From NCBI GenBank assembly GCA_002633005.1, contig NMRA01000470.1, positions 1 to 64,000 on the forward strand: DNA of 64,000 bases, given 5' to 3'. The stretch comes from Phoronis australis (lineage: Eukaryota; Animalia; Phoronida). The notes under the pieces are model-generated. The model did not search any database. It saw nothing but the letters and a program-made list of their open reading frames with translations, and was not told the origin of the DNA. A program made the position numbers and the translations under genes. Positions within the stretch are counted from its first letter, which is position 1. Each line of letters starts with the position of its first letter. Below, one piece after another: positions 62,598-64,000 of the stretch.

Positions 62598-64000
62598 CTA
62601 AAACATAACAAAGCAGTTGCACTATACCACTAGCTTTTAAAACAATAGTTAAGAATTTTGAAGATTTAATAAGGCCAATATAGGCAAAAAAAGCTCTTAT
62701 AATCAGACATTTACATCACAGGACACATATTTCACTAATTAATGATGGCCGGTATCACATAGCAGATGACAATTGGACATGCCATAAGAATTAAAACAAG
62801 CAACTTATTAAAAGGCATTGTTACATGGTATAAAAAGACTGGTTGGTATATGTCCTCACGGAGACTGTGCTGAGATGACATCAAATTCTCTCAAAAATTA
62901 GTTGTAGTTTGATACTTAGCATCGTTTCTTAGTAATTTGTTTTAAACCCTACCTGTTCACCGGAAGACCATTGCGTGAATTCGAGCAAGGATGTATAACC
63001 ACGGTAAAGCTGTTGGAACAGCATTATCTTGCGCATAGTTTTTTGAAATTAAAGCCACCGGTGTCAATTAGTGAAAACGACAATGTGATCATAACGTGGG
63101 TAAAATTCTCATTTACTTACATTTTCCTAGGTTGAATAAAATGTTGTCAAGCCCAACTTCGCCATTTTGTGAAGTGCCAGTGAGAGCTTGGAATATCGCC
63201 TACAACGTGGAGAACTGCTCGATAAATTTAGGGGACGCACGCCCGAACTAATGTGTGGGGGATAACAACCTACTGTTTCGTGTCTTGTAAAAAGGTTTGC
63301 AATGTCAAAAGAGACAGGCAATTATGAGAGGACAAAATGAATGGCTTTCATGCAAGCTACTAGGCAACTCAGATTATAAACGGTGCTATTGTAGTACAAT
63401 ACATATACTACAGAGGGGGTAATAAGCAACTGCAGTCGGACCACCGACAAAAACTGTCTGGTTAACAGCTTTACCCAGTTAGTGATCATTCGTTTATGGT
63501 ATAAGAAGGAATGGCGAGGCGTTGCGTTTGTGGCGGTTTTCACAATCTAGACCAAGCTATGACTGTTTTCACATTCTCGCGGGACAGTGGGGAAGCGCGG
63601 GCATAGAACAAATTTGTACAAGAAACTCGCGTGTTGGTGGTGATGACACACTGGCGATGGGTACGTTCATACGTCACATCCATGTCCGTGGAGTTAAGAA
63701 ACTTCCTTGAAATTTGTTTTCTTCTACTTTATCGGGGTTTTTTTGGAATTCATAGTTGTGATATGCAGTGCTGTAAGGGAAGGTCTAACGATGCTGACAA
63801 TGCAGGGATTTGTCAAAACAAGGTCGTTGTGGCTTTAAGCAAAAACAGGTGAAACACGTCTTGGTTATTCTATGTTTCATGTGACATTACATAGATGCAC
63901 TTTTACTGATTAAAGCCGCTGTAAAACCATCCTCAACTTTTTCTACAGGCGTATATGTCCTGCCAAAACACTTTGATTGCGTTGTTACACATTCTGTTTG

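Noticed and set aside
62953-63321. Candidate signal-peptide exons of the MAM gene
   Set aside because: Donor sites exist (~62953, ~63122), but I found no open phase-1 frame with a signal peptide, so the 5' end is left unresolved.

Overview
AT-rich, intron-rich eukaryotic (metazoan, probably marine invertebrate) genomic DNA from a draft assembly, with N gaps at 4791-5495 and 24920-25215 and single Ns at 18175, 22868 and 28338. Four spliced genes can be reconstructed by hand with consistent exon phases: (1) the 5' part of cytoplasmic threonyl-tRNA synthetase (minus, running off the left edge); (2) a complete CCDC124/Lso2 gene (minus, 220 aa); (3) a 23-exon pentameric-type thrombospondin (plus); (4) a convergent MAM-EGF-MAM-MAM-mucin type I membrane protein with an FxNPxY tail (minus, 5' end unresolved). 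Two ~2-kb tandem duplications, each joined by a single N, look like uncollapsed haplotypes and expose insertion polymorphisms. Non-coding space holds a BEL/Pao gag relic, an IS3EU-like integrase relic, Helitron/Helentron-type elements (one carrying about 11 regularly spaced CTCF-like motifs), tiny hairpin insertions with target-site duplications, MITEs, a tRNA-derived element, degenerate hammerhead-like motifs and minisatellites. No prokaryotic systems or CRISPR arrays are present. All calls come from manual reading; no database searches were run.
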